A stretch of DNA of 64,000 nt from an uncultured Chloroflexia bacterium. Its GTDB lineage: Bacteria; Chloroflexota; Limnocylindria; Limnocylindrales; CSP1-4. This document shows positions 1 to 9,409 of the stretch, one piece after another (positions within the stretch are counted from its first letter, which is position 1; each line of letters opens with the position of its first letter). The notes beneath the pieces were generated by a model that worked only from the letters and a program-made list of their open reading frames with translations, searched no databases and was not told where the DNA came from. The position numbers were made by a program, and so were the translations under genes. The stretch lies in NCBI GenBank assembly GCA_963748625.1, contig CAVVJT010000010.1, forward strand, positions 1,088,001-1,152,000, in the 5' to 3' direction.

Positions 1-181
1 CGAGGTCCACCATCAGCCAGTCGTAGCCGGCGCGGGCCATCACGTCGGTGGCGGCGATCGACCCGAGCATCACCCACAGCCCGATCGTGGGTTCACCGGC
101 CAGCACGCGGCGCCGGAGGTCGGGGCGGGGAGGGATCGGGGCCGGGATCGGGCCAGGGGCGGAGGCGGTCGGGGTCGTCAT
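1..181 (-). CDS. HpcH/HpaI (2-keto-3-deoxy sugar acid) aldolase family protein, N-terminal part (runs off window)
   Basis: Manual translation from ATG 181: MTTPTASAPGPIPAPIPPRPDLRRRVLAGEPTIGLWVMLGSIAATDVMARAGYDWLMVDL. The G-x-W...AGYDW.MVDL pattern is typical of the HpcH/GarL aldolase N-terminus. Confidence 0.75.
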   Translation of the reverse strand, partial: MTTPTASAPGPIPAPIPPRPDLRRRVLAGEPTIGLWVMLGSIAATDVMARAGYDWLMVDL

Positions 182-282
182 GGCGCCGATGATGCCCCAG
201 CCCGGTCCTGTCGGGAAGCCGACGCAGCAACGGGACATAGCGGACTTGCGGCCCCCGCACGGGTCGGGCATCGTGTGCCCCC

Positions 283-687
283 ATGAGTGAACGGGAGGGT
301 CGATTGGCTGGCACGGTCCTGATCGTGGACGACGAGCAGCACATCCGGCTGCTGATCGAGCAGACGCTCGAGGATCTGCTCGACGAGGGCGTCGAGCTCT
401 ACACCGCGTCCGACGGCGAGGAGGCGCTTGCGGCCATCGAGGCGCAGCGCCCGGACCTCGTGTTCCTCGACGTCATGATGCCCAAGCGCAACGGCATCGA
501 GGTCTGTCGGGCCGTTCGCGAGGAGCTCGGCCTCGGCTCCGACGCCGTGCACATCGTGCTGCTCACGGCGAAGGGCCAGGCCACCGATCGCGAGGCCGGC
601 CTCGCCGCCGGCGCCAACCGCTACCTGACCAAGCCCTTCGACCCCGACGAGCTGCTGGCGCTCGCGCGCGAGGTCTTGGGCGCATGA
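283..687 (+). CDS. Single-domain response regulator (receiver)
   Basis: LIVDDE, phospho-acceptor FLDVMMP, LLTAKG and TKPFD motifs; no output domain. Confidence 0.93.
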   Translation: MSEREGRLAGTVLIVDDEQHIRLLIEQTLEDLLDEGVELYTASDGEEALAAIEAQRPDLVFLDVMMPKRNGIEVCRAVREELGLGSDAVHIVLLTAKGQATDREAGLAAGANRYLTKPFDPDELLALAREVLGA

Positions 688-1490
688 GCGAGCTCGGCAG
701 GCTCATCGTCCGCCACCGGCACGTCGGCCCGATGGTGTCCGCGCTGCTGGCCGGCGTCGATGCTGCGATCACGATCCGCGACGCGGACGGCGAGGCGATC
801 ATCGAGCGCGGCGCGCCCGACGGCTCCCACGCCGGTGACGGCACCGCGGCCGGCGGGCGCCACGACATCACGGTTGATGGCGAGGTCCTCGGCTGGGTCG
901 AGGGCGGCCGCCCGGCCCGCGGGGTTGCGGCGGTCCTCGCCTACGCGGCCGCGCGCGAGCGGGACAAGCGCTCGCTGGCCAACGAGGCGCTCGAGCGCTA
1001 CCGCGAGCTGTCCCTGATCTACGACCTGGCGGCGGTGATCGGCGGTCACGACGACCTTGAGCCGATCGTGGAGACCGCCGTGACCGAGCTGTCACGTCTC
1101 CCCCATGGCGCCCGGGGCTTCCTGCTCCTGGCCGATGGTGACGCACTCCGGCCGGCGCCGGGCGGGGATGGCGAGGGCGGTCCGCTGGTGGCGGCCACGG
1201 TCGGCGTGGGAATCGTGGGTGCGGTGGTCGCGTCCGGCGTGTCCGAGCTGCTCGAAGACGCGGGTGCGGACCCTCGGGCGACCGACGACGAGCGCGCCGG
1301 CGGCTCGCTGGTGGCCGTGCCGCTGCGGGCCGGCGACCGGACGATCGGCGTGCTGGGCGCCACGGCGACCGGCGGCGTGTTCCGGGCGGCCGACCTCAAG
1401 GTGGTGACGGCGATCGCCGCGCTGGCGGGTCCGGCCATCGGGCGGGCCCTGGGCATCGGGCAGGCATCGGCCGACGGAGGCGAGCACTGA
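684..1490 (+). CDS. GAF-domain protein
   Basis: ATGA overlap with the receiver gene; LANEALERYRELSLIYD coiled segment; GAF-like GIVGAV...VAVPLRAGDRTIGVL...F..ADL. Confidence 0.75.
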   Translation: MSELGRLIVRHRHVGPMVSALLAGVDAAITIRDADGEAIIERGAPDGSHAGDGTAAGGRHDITVDGEVLGWVEGGRPARGVAAVLAYAAARERDKRSLANEALERYRELSLIYDLAAVIGGHDDLEPIVETAVTELSRLPHGARGFLLLADGDALRPAPGGDGEGGPLVAATVGVGIVGAVVASGVSELLEDAGADPRATDDERAGGSLVAVPLRAGDRTIGVLGATATGGVFRAADLKVVTAIAALAGPAIGRALGIGQASADGGEH

Positions 1491-2992
1491 GCTTCCGGTC
1501 CGGCTTCTCCGCGCCCGTTCCGCGGGGCGACCGGGGCGGCACCGATCCCGCGGAGCAGGTGGAGCTCGCCCTGAAGCGCCGCCTGGCGGAGCTGGCGGGC
1601 ATCAACGCGATCGGCATCGTGCTGGCCAGCATCCGGGACCCGGACCGCCTGGTCGAGCGGGGCCTGGAGGAGATCGTCGGGCGCCTCGGTTTCACACACG
1701 GCCTGATGGCCCTGGTGGACCCGGAGGACGACTCGATCGGCGACTGCCGGCTGGCAGGTCCGCCGCCCGCGCCGGGCACACCCGCCCCGGGCACGCTCGA
1801 TCCCGCCGCATATGTACGCGCCCTGCGCGTGGACGGCGACGACCCGGTGGCGGCGCTCGCCCGGCTCGCCCGCGCCGAAGGCCCGCTCCACTTCCGCGAC
1901 GCGGACCGCGATCCCGACGAGGGCAACCGCCGCCTTGCGGCCATCCTGGGATCGACCGGGTTCGTGGGCACGCCGCTGGCCAACCAGGGCCGGGTGGTCG
2001 GCGTCCTGGTCGTGAACGACACGCGTGACCGGCGCCCGCTCGAACCCGCTGACGGTCCCCTGCTCTACACGGTCGGCTCGCTGTTCGCGGGCGCGCTCGG
2101 CTCAGCCCGCCTCCAGGCGGAGCTCGAGGCCCAGAACCGGGCCCTGGAGGCTCGCGTGCAGGAGCGGACCAAGGACCTGCTCGACGCGATGGTGGAAGCC
2201 CGCGAGGCACGCGAGGCGGCCGAGGACGCGAACGAGGCCAAGAGCCGGTTCTTGGCCAACGTCTCGCACGAGCTGCGCACGCCGCTGACGTCGGTGGTCG
2301 GCTTCGCCAAGCTCAACCGCAAGCGGCTCGACGAGGTCGTCTTCCCCGAAGTCCCCCGCGACAACCCCAAGGTGGACCGCGCGATCCGCCAGGTGGGCGA
2401 CAACTTGGGGATCATCGTGGCCGAGGGGGAGCGGCTGACCTCGCTGATCAACGACCTGCTCGACCTGGCCAAGATCGAGTCTGGCCGCTTCGAGTTCCAC
2501 ATGGCACCCGTCCACCTCGAGGACATCGTGGCACGCGGGGTCGCCGCAACGGCGTCGCTGTTCGAGGCGGTGGACCTGCCCCTGCGCACGGACATCGAGC
2601 CTGGCCTGCCCGCCATCACCGGCGACCTGGACCGCCTCGTGCAGGTCGTGATCAACCTGCTGTCGAACGCGGTCAAGTTCACGTCGGCAGGCGGCGTGGA
2701 CGTGATCGTCCGCCACGACGGGGAGTCGCTGCGGGTGGAGGTGCGCGACACCGGCAAGGGCATCCCCGCGACCGACCTCGAGCAGATCTTCGAGCCCTTC
2801 CGCCAGGCCTCCGACACGCTGCCCGACGGGCCCAAGGGGACGGGGCTGGGCCTGCCCATCTCGCGCCAGATCGTGCACGCGCACGGCGGGCGGATGGGCG
2901 TGGTCTCCAGGGTCGGCACAGGTTCGACCTTCTGGTTCACCGTGCCGGGCGGCGGTCCCGTGCCGGCGCCCGGGGGATCGGTCGGCGGCTGA
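1487..2992 (+). CDS. GAF sensor histidine kinase (HisKA + HATPase_c); probable CTG start at 1487
   Basis: H-box FLANVSHELRTPL, N-box NLLSNAVKF, G1 DTGKGI, G2 GTGLGL. Frame is open upstream of 1559 to a CTG overlapping the previous TGA, with GGAGG at 1476-1480. Confidence 0.92.
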   Translation: MSFRSGFSAPVPRGDRGGTDPAEQVELALKRRLAELAGINAIGIVLASIRDPDRLVERGLEEIVGRLGFTHGLMALVDPEDDSIGDCRLAGPPPAPGTPAPGTLDPAAYVRALRVDGDDPVAALARLARAEGPLHFRDADRDPDEGNRRLAAILGSTGFVGTPLANQGRVVGVLVVNDTRDRRPLEPADGPLLYTVGSLFAGALGSARLQAELEAQNRALEARVQERTKDLLDAMVEAREAREAAEDANEAKSRFLANVSHELRTPLTSVVGFAKLNRKRLDEVVFPEVPRDNPKVDRAIRQVGDNLGIIVAEGERLTSLINDLLDLAKIESGRFEFHMAPVHLEDIVARGVAATASLFEAVDLPLRTDIEPGLPAITGDLDRLVQVVINLLSNAVKFTSAGGVDVIVRHDGESLRVEVRDTGKGIPATDLEQIFEPFRQASDTLPDGPKGTGLGLPISRQIVHAHGGRMGVVSRVGTGSTFWFTVPGGGPVPAPGGSVGG

Positions 2993-3166
2993 CGGCCGGA
3001 CGCACGCCGGGGCCGGCCGATCCGCGCGGCTCCGGGGTCCCGAAAGTCAGGGGGTACCAGTACCTGTGGGCCATGCCGACTGCCCGATCGCGCAGGATAC
3101 GGTCAAGGTCCTCTTCCGGGGGAAGGAGGCAGGATCAACCCGTCAGGCCATGAAGGAAGAACCCGA

Positions 3167-3262
3167 ATGGACAAGGTCAAGTACGCAGCCCAGCGCGCCA
3201 TGTTCCTCCTCGGATCCCTCGCGGCGTTCGCCATCGTGATCGATGGCGCGAAGCGCTGGTAG
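3167..3262 (+). CDS. Small 31-aa hydrophobic peptide (DGAKRW family, copy 1)
   Basis: MDKVKYAAQRAMFLLGSLAAFAIVIDGAKRW*. Purine-rich SD (gaaggaag) upstream, GC3-rich codons, terminator hairpin downstream, paralog at 10915-11022. Confidence 0.75.
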   Translation: MDKVKYAAQRAMFLLGSLAAFAIVIDGAKRW

Positions 3263-3311
3263 AGGTCCCGCCACACGCAAACCGCCTCCAACGTGCCCAC
3301 CGCCGAGGCCT

Positions 3312-3343
3312 GAGCCGCCGGGAACCTACCCCGGCGGCTCTTC
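3312..3343 (+). terminator. Intrinsic terminator-like hairpin after small peptide gene
   Basis: 11-bp stem gagccgccggg / cccggcggctc, 7-nt loop, followed by ttcgatt. Confidence 0.6.
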
Positions 3344-3432
3344 GATTCCCGGGTGGCCGGGCCGTGGCCCGAGGCGGGCCTGCTGAGCCACCCGCGCAGC
3401 ACGCGCCCGGCACTCCCGCTACCGTCTGTGGC

Positions 3433-4407
3433 GTGACCACGCCCGACCTCCAGCCGATACCGGAGCGCCCCGCGAAGACGCCGCGGCCCACCGACCCCGA
3501 GGCCATCTTCGTCGTCGGTGTCAGCCGCAGCGGCACCACCCTGATGAGCCGGGTCCTGGACCATCATCCGCGGATCGCCATCGCGCCCGAGAACCACTAC
3601 ATGCGCCACCTCCTGCCGTGGATGGGCGTGCGCCACGATGTGCGCCGGCTGGGCGACCTGCGCGATGACGCCGTCGTGGGCCGCCTGGCCACCATGCTCT
3701 CCGACGGCAGCCTCCAGAGCGGGACATGGGCCCGCGAGAACAGCCCGTTCTTCCGCTGGCTGCCCCGGAACTACACGCGCGAGCAGCTCGAGACCCGTCT
3801 GCTCGAAGGCGAGCGCACCGAGCGCGGGGTGTTCACAACGCTGCTGCGTGCCTACGCCGAGGCGCGGGGCAAGACCATCATCGGCGAGAAGACACCGGCC
3901 CACGTCGCCTGCGTGGACGAGCTGCTCGACTGGTATCCCGGCGGCAGGGTCATCCACATCATCCGCGACCCACGGGGCATCTACGTGTCCGAGCTGCGAC
4001 GCCGATCGGAGCACGCAGTGACGCTCCCATACCGGGTCATCGTCCATGTGCCACCGCTGATGCGCTGGTTCATCGTGCTCGAGGTGGCCTGGGCCTGGCG
4101 CCAGGCGGTCGGCCGCCACCGCCAGCTCGCCCGGGCCTTCCCCGACGCGTACACGCTCGTGCGCTTCGAGGATCTCGTGACCGATCCGGACACGACGATC
4201 CCGGCACTCTGCGCGCGGCTGGGCGTGGAGACCCGCCAGCGCATGCTGCGCCAGAAGGTCGTATCCAAGGGCGAGAACCTGGGCGACTCCGGCTTCGATG
4301 CCGACGCGGCGGTCCGCTGGCGCCGAACGATCGGCCTGCGCCCCAAGCGCGTGCTCCAACTGCTCCTGCGGGGCGGCCTCGAGGAGATGGGCTACCCGAA
4401 GCGCTAG
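3433..4407 (+). CDS. PAPS-dependent sulfotransferase family protein
   Basis: 5'-PSB loop FVVGVSRSGTT, GEKTP, 3'-PB IIRDPR, VRFEDLV. Leaderless-type GTG 7 nt after TACCGT. Confidence 0.88.
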   Translation: MTTPDLQPIPERPAKTPRPTDPEAIFVVGVSRSGTTLMSRVLDHHPRIAIAPENHYMRHLLPWMGVRHDVRRLGDLRDDAVVGRLATMLSDGSLQSGTWARENSPFFRWLPRNYTREQLETRLLEGERTERGVFTTLLRAYAEARGKTIIGEKTPAHVACVDELLDWYPGGRVIHIIRDPRGIYVSELRRRSEHAVTLPYRVIVHVPPLMRWFIVLEVAWAWRQAVGRHRQLARAFPDAYTLVRFEDLVTDPDTTIPALCARLGVETRQRMLRQKVVSKGENLGDSGFDADAAVRWRRTIGLRPKRVLQLLLRGGLEEMGYPKR

Positions 4408-4477
4408 CGTCTCGTGCCGCCAATGGCTGGCGGATACCGCTCCGTGCCCGTGCCGCTGATCGGAAGCGGCATCACGG

Positions 4478-4653
4478 GGCGTCGCCCACGACGGCTGCTG
4501 CCGTATGCGCACACGGCGCGCACACGGAGCGGTGACGTCGCGGGATGTGCGCCCGGTGCGCCGACCGTGCGCTCCGGCAGGGTCCCGACGGCACGACCTG
4601 CGCACCAGCCGCGCATCGAGCGCTGCCGCCGCACCGTGTGGCCGTCCGGCGCG
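4478..4653. repeat. Dispersed ~175-bp intergenic repeat, copy 1
   Basis: Closely matches 63827-64000; shared cores include cacacggagcggtgacgtcgc and gtgcgctccggcagggtcccgacggc.cgacctgcgcaccagccgcgcatcgagcgct. Confidence 0.85.
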
Positions 4654-4656
4654 CAG

Positions 4657-4746
4657 CCGGACGGAGACAGGACCCGGACGGAGACAGGACCCGGACGGAG
4701 ACAGGACCCGGACGGAGACAGGACCCGGACGGAGACAGGACCCGGA
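4657..4746. repeat. Tandem repeat, 17-bp unit x5
   Basis: ccggacggagacaggac repeated 5 times plus a partial copy; no spacers. Confidence 0.95.
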
Positions 4747-4800
4747 GCGGCGGTCCGCGCGCCGCCAGCGACCAGCGGATCGGGACACTCGGGGGTGCGG

Positions 4801-5781
4801 TCAGTCCCGCCCGCGCTCCCGCCACAGGTTGCGCAGGATGAACGACACGTTCGCCGGGCGCTCCGCGAGGCGGCGCATGAAGTACGGGTACCACTGCTGC
4901 CCGAAGGGCACGTAGGTGCGCACCCGGTAGCCGGCCCCCACCAGCTGCTCCTGGATGTCGCGGCGGATGCCGAACAGCATCTGGAACTCGAAGCTGTCGC
5001 GGGCGATGCCCTCGGCCTTGGCGACCTGGACCGCGCGCTGGATGAGCTTCACGTCGTGGGTGGCGAGACCCGGGTAGTTGCCCTCGCGCATGAGCTTGAG
5101 CATCAGGCGCTCGTAGGCCGCGTCCACGTCGGCCTTGTCCTGGTAGGCGGCGGACGCCGGCTCCTTGTAGGCGCCCTTGCACAGGCGAACCCGGCCGCGC
5201 TCGGCGATGACCTGCTCGACATCGACCTCGGCGCGCTTGATGGCTGCCTGGAGCACGATGCCCACGTCGCCCTTGTCGAGATCGCCCGCGCCTGCAGGCC
5301 GGATGGCCCGCCACACCTCGAGCGTGTCATCGATGGTCGTGTGGTCCTCCATGTCGATGCGGAGGAAGCCGTCGAGCTCGACCACCTTTGCGACGATCCC
5401 GCCGATCGTCTCCTTCGCCAGGTCCTTGGAGATCCCGAGGCCCATCTGTGTGGGCTTGAGCGAGACGTTCCGGTCGAGCCCCACCGCCGCAAGGGCGTCG
5501 AGCACGATCGGATAGCGGGCTGCCGCGGCGCGCGCATCCTCCTCGTGGCTCACCGACTCGCCCAGGATGTCGACCGTGGTGCCCATCCCCTGCTCGTGCA
5601 GGGCCGTGATGGCGGGCAGCGCCTCCTCGAAGCTCTCGCCGGAGATGAACCGCCGGACCATCGGGCGTGTCACCGGCACCCTGGTCGCGAGATCGCCCAA
5701 GGACTTGCGATGGGACAGCGTGAGGAGCGTGGAGCGCATCGCGCGCTCGGCGACATCGCTCACGGCGGAGTTGACGGGCAT
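4801..5781 (-). CDS. putB: Monofunctional proline dehydrogenase
   Basis: RRFISGE, SLKPTQMG, RIDMED, RLCKGAY, ATHD, EFQMLFGIR, YVPFG, YFMRRLAERPAN. Confidence 0.92.
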   Translation of the reverse strand: MPVNSAVSDVAERAMRSTLLTLSHRKSLGDLATRVPVTRPMVRRFISGESFEEALPAITALHEQGMGTTVDILGESVSHEEDARAAAARYPIVLDALAAVGLDRNVSLKPTQMGLGISKDLAKETIGGIVAKVVELDGFLRIDMEDHTTIDDTLEVWRAIRPAGAGDLDKGDVGIVLQAAIKRAEVDVEQVIAERGRVRLCKGAYKEPASAAYQDKADVDAAYERLMLKLMREGNYPGLATHDVKLIQRAVQVAKAEGIARDSFEFQMLFGIRRDIQEQLVGAGYRVRTYVPFGQQWYPYFMRRLAERPANVSFILRNLWRERGRD

Positions 5782-5799
5782 GGGTGCCTCAGTGGCTGG

Positions 5800-6478
5800 T
5801 CAGGGCTTGGTGGCGGGCGGCGCGCCATAGGTGGCGTCCAGCTCGGCGATGAGCGGCTTCTCGTCACGCCGGGTGAGGAACGAGAACATGAGGTGGCCGG
5901 CGATCGCCAGCGTCCAGACAAGCTGGACCGGCAGCAGGAGCGTCGAGATGGGCGCCGGTCCGGCCTGGCTCGCGCCGACGAGGTTGATCGTCGCCCAGCA
6001 CCCCGGCCAGCCACAGGAGGGCAGCGCCCGCGGCGTAGCCGAAGGTCATCGCCGACATCATGCCCAGCGGGTTGCCCATGGAGATCCCGGCGACCTTGGG
6101 GGCATCGGGCGGGTAGAAGTAGGCGGCCTCGAGGCGGTGGGCGACCAGCACGTCGCGGCCCAGGCGCTGGTTGATCGCGCGCTCGAGGTACTCGGCGTGG
6201 CGCCGCGCGAAGACCGTGTAGAAGAACAGGTATCCGGTCTCCAGGAACGCGAACGGCACCAGGAACGGCACCGCGATCACCACCGACGGGAAGATCCCGG
6301 AGCCGCCGATCACGAGCAGGGCCAGCACGATCAGCAGGTAGGTCCTGATCCGCTCGAAGAAGCGCTCGGAATACCCGAACAGCATGCCGCGCATGCGCGC
6401 GAGCTGGTCCTCGAGGATGCGGAGGTCGTCGGTGGTGGGCGCCGCGGGACGGCCGGCGCCGGCCGGAATCGTGTCCAT
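5800..6478 (-). CDS. Integral membrane protein of unknown function (apparent +1 frameshift near 5994-5996)
   Basis: Hydrophobic N-terminal frame switches after LAGVL into ATINLVGA...LVWTLAIAGHLMFSFLTRRDEKPLIAELDATYGAPPATKP* (stop 5800-5802). Span is 3n+1. Confidence 0.65.
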
Positions 6479-6609
6479 CGGCGCGAGGATAGCGCCCGCT
6501 GGTCGGCGCGGATGGGTGCACGGTCCCCTAGTTGGCGGGTCCGTCGGTCACGTCCGCGACGGGACTCCCGGCAGTCCACGTGCCAGGCGCTGCCGTCGGG
6601 ACAGTCGCG

Positions 6610-7479
6610 TCAGTCCCCGGCCGCGTCCTTGGCGGGGGCCTTCACGAGCTCTGCATCCATCTGGTCGCCCAGCTCGACGGTGCGCCGGTAGGCTGCCCAG
6701 ACGGCCTCGGAGAGGACGGTGCGCAAGCGGCCCGACTCCAGCTCATGAAGGGCGGCGGCGCTCGTGCCGGCCGGTGACGTCACCGCGTTGCGCAGGACCG
6801 CCGGGTGGTCGCCCGAGTGCTTCGCAAAGCTGGTCGAACCCTCCAGCGTCTCGATCACGAGGTCGTGGGCGATGTGGCGCGGGAAGCCCAGGTGGACGGC
6901 CGCGTCGATCAGGGCCTCCATCACGAGGAAGACGTACGCGGGGCCGGTGCCGGACACGGCCGTGGCCATCGCGACGAACTTCTCGTCGTCCACCTCGAGC
7001 TCCGCGCCGAGCACCCCGAGGAATGCCTTCGCCTGGGCGCGCTGCTCGGCGGTGCAGGCCGGGGTTGCGTACCACACGGTCATGCCCTTGCCAATGCGGG
7101 CGGGCGTGTTGGGCATCGCCCGCACGACCTGCGGGTGGTCCAGCGTGGCCACCAGGGCGTTGGTGGTGGGACCCGCAAGCACGGACAGGACGACCTGGCC
7201 CGCGCGCAGCTTCGGCCCGATCTCCTTGCCGACCTTCGCGAGCATCTGCGGCTTGACCGCGAGCAGGATGACGTCGGCGCCCTCGATCGCGTCGGTGTTC
7301 GACGCGACCACGCGGATGCCGAGCCCGGCCTCGAGCGCGGCGCGGCGCTCTGCGCGTGGATGGCTCGCGACCACCTGGTCCGGGGTGACAAGGCCGCTGC
7401 GCAGCAGGCCCGCGAGCATGGCCTCGGCCATGACGCCGGATCCGACGCAGGCGATGGAGCGACTGGCGAGGGGTGACAT
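6610..7479 (-). CDS. proC: Pyrroline-5-carboxylate reductase
   Basis: GSGVMA dinucleotide motif, LAVKPQ, RAMPNTP, TAVSGTGPAY, VTSPAGTS. Confidence 0.95.
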   Translation of the reverse strand: MSPLASRSIACVGSGVMAEAMLAGLLRSGLVTPDQVVASHPRAERRAALEAGLGIRVVASNTDAIEGADVILLAVKPQMLAKVGKEIGPKLRAGQVVLSVLAGPTTNALVATLDHPQVVRAMPNTPARIGKGMTVWYATPACTAEQRAQAKAFLGVLGAELEVDDEKFVAMATAVSGTGPAYVFLVMEALIDAAVHLGFPRHIAHDLVIETLEGSTSFAKHSGDHPAVLRNAVTSPAGTSAAALHELESGRLRTVLSEAVWAAYRRTVELGDQMDAELVKAPAKDAAGD

Positions 7480-7510
7480 GGCCCCGGAGGATACACCCGG
7501 CGAGGCGTGC

Positions 7511-7600
7511 CTCAGCGTGCGCGGCCCAGCGTGCGAGGGTCTCGGCGTGCGCGGCCCAGCGTGCGCGGCCCAGCGTGCGACGGTCTCAGCGTGCGACGGC
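7511..7600. repeat. Degenerate tandem repeat (cagcgtgcg-core, 14-16 bp units)
   Basis: About 6 imperfect copies of (c)agcgtgcgcggcc / agcgtgcga(c/g)ggtct. Confidence 0.7.
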
Positions 7601-8440
7601 CGACGCGACGATGAAGAAGCGGCCGGTGGTGCCCAACGTGACCTCCGCGAAGCCGCCCCGCACCATGGCCACCTCCAGGATCTCCGGAGGGTGGTAGCTC
7701 CAGGTCGTGCCCGCAGGCGGTCCGCCCGCGATATCGGCGCGCAGGTCGATGACTGCGAGGCGTCCGCCGTCAGCGAGCCGGTCACGGAGGAGCTGGGTGG
7801 CGGTGTCGAGGCCGGCGCCCCGCACGCGGCCCAGCAGGAATGCCGCCACGAGGGCATTGGCGCGGGGCGCGTCGGGCGCCGTTCGCGCCCAAGGGTCGCG
7901 CGGGTGGAGGTGGGCCCGGAGCCGATGGGCGAGCAGCCGGTCGCGGGCGATGTCCAGGGCGGCGGCGTCGGGATCGGATGCGTGCAGCTCGCCCTTCTCG
8001 GCGAGCAGCGGCGAGAAGAAGCCGACCCCTGCGGCAGGCTCTGCGATCACGCCCCCGAGCGGCTGGGCATCGAGCCAGCGGGTGACCATGTCGAGCTCGG
8101 CGTGCCAGGCCGCATCGTGGATGGCGCCCTTCTCGAACGACCCGCGGCGGAGGAACCAGTCGTCGGGGAAGGCGGATGCCGTCCCCGCAGCCGGTTGCCG
8201 GGGCGGGCGGGGTGTCGTCGGCGGGGGCAGCTGCGCCGAGGCGGGCGCCGCCTCGTGGACGGCCCGGCCGACGCCACGGGCATCGAGCCCGGCCCGCAGG
8301 CGGCCACGCAGGAAGGGGTTCGTGCCCGCCAGACCCAGGCACTCCGGGCACAGGTGCGCCCAGCCCTCGAGATCGTCGGGCCCGCGGGTCCGCCAGTCCG
8401 TGCCGCACCAGAGGCAGGCGAATGTCGCCCGGTAGGCCAC
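7586..8440 (-). CDS. Class I SAM-dependent methyltransferase with N-terminal zinc ribbon
   Basis: CLWC...CPEC at the N-terminus; SAM motif I-like IAEPAAGVGFF; LADGGRLAVID. GTG start 1 nt after the upstream stop. Confidence 0.65.
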   Translation of the reverse strand: MAYRATFACLWCGTDWRTRGPDDLEGWAHLCPECLGLAGTNPFLRGRLRAGLDARGVGRAVHEAAPASAQLPPPTTPRPPRQPAAGTASAFPDDWFLRRGSFEKGAIHDAAWHAELDMVTRWLDAQPLGGVIAEPAAGVGFFSPLLAEKGELHASDPDAAALDIARDRLLAHRLRAHLHPRDPWARTAPDAPRANALVAAFLLGRVRGAGLDTATQLLRDRLADGGRLAVIDLRADIAGGPPAGTTWSYHPPEILEVAMVRGGFAEVTLGTTGRFFIVASAVAR

Positions 8441-8441
8441 C

Positions 8442-9284
8442 CTAGGGCACCCGTGCCCAGGACGCGGGCGGCGCCATGCCGTCGCAGGCCACCGGATCCA
8501 CGATCTCCGCCAGGGTCTCGATCCCATCGACGATGCGCGGACCGAGGCGGCTGAACAGCTCCGCATCGACGGCGAACACGCGTCCCTCCCGCACCGCTCG
8601 CAGCGCGTGCCAGCCCGCGGGCTTCGGGGTCACCGACCATAGCGAGACCGCCTCATCGAGCGTGAGGTCCTCCGGCAACAGCACGATCGCGTCCGGGTCC
8701 ATCTCGGCGACCGACGCCCAAGCGACGCGGGCCGACGCGGCACCTTCGCGTCCCAGGAGATCCCAGCCGCCGGCGAGCCGGACCTGGTCCGGGATCCATC
8801 GCCCCACCGACCGCGGGGGATCAAGGCCTTCGAGGAGGGCGAGGCGCGGCGGCGGAAAGCCGCCGTCGCGTCGGGCGATGACGATCTCCTCGACAGCCTT
8901 GAGCCGCTCGCGCAGCTCCTCGACGAGGTCCAGCGCGTCGTCCTCGGCCTCCGTCATCGCGCCGACCGTCGAGATGGCGTTGAGCACACCCTCGACCGAC
9001 GTCGGCGCGAGCTCGAGGATCTCGGCGTCCAGCCCGGCTTCGTCGAGCAGCGCGCGCAGGGACCGCGGATCCGGGCAGGAATCCTCGGCCGCGCCAGTGA
9101 TCACCAGGTCGGGATCGGCCTCGCGCAGGCGGTCCGAGGCGATGCCGTGGGGGCCGGTGACACGCGGGACATCGAGCGCATCGGGCGGGAAGTCGCACCG
9201 GTGGGACACGCCGACCATCTCGTCGCCCAGCCCGAGGGCGAACACGATCTCGGTGGCAGCAGGGAAGAGCGAGACGATACGCAC
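8442..9284 (-). CDS. BtuF/cobalamin-siderophore-type (helical-backbone) substrate-binding protein, no signal peptide
   Basis: MRIVSLFPAATEIVFALG...VGVSHRCDFP, PDLVIT, AVREGRVFAVD...SRLGPRIVDG. Confidence 0.82.
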   Translation of the reverse strand: MRIVSLFPAATEIVFALGLGDEMVGVSHRCDFPPDALDVPRVTGPHGIASDRLREADPDLVITGAAEDSCPDPRSLRALLDEAGLDAEILELAPTSVEGVLNAISTVGAMTEAEDDALDLVEELRERLKAVEEIVIARRDGGFPPPRLALLEGLDPPRSVGRWIPDQVRLAGGWDLLGREGAASARVAWASVAEMDPDAIVLLPEDLTLDEAVSLWSVTPKPAGWHALRAVREGRVFAVDAELFSRLGPRIVDGIETLAEIVDPVACDGMAPPASWARVP

Positions 9285-9409
9285 CCCGCCAGTCTACGGG
9301 TCGTGCCGCCGAGCACCGGTCGCACCGGGAATCGAAACGGCCCCGCTGGCGCGGGGCCGCACGGAGCGTGTTGGGGGCGGGTCACCCGCCCCGGGACGCG
9401 AGGCCTTGC

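Noticed and set aside
3167-4407. Micropeptide plus sulfotransferase as a sulfated RiPP system (RaxX/RaxST-like)
   Set aside because: A terminator hairpin separates them, the sulfotransferase has its own -10 element, the conserved tail has no Tyr/Ser/Thr, and the second peptide copy has no such neighbour.
4657-4746. Possible CRISPR array (also 12762-12890, 22945-23033, 33347-33409)
   Set aside because: Units are directly adjacent with no unique spacers, and no cas genes are in the window; these are simple tandem repeats.
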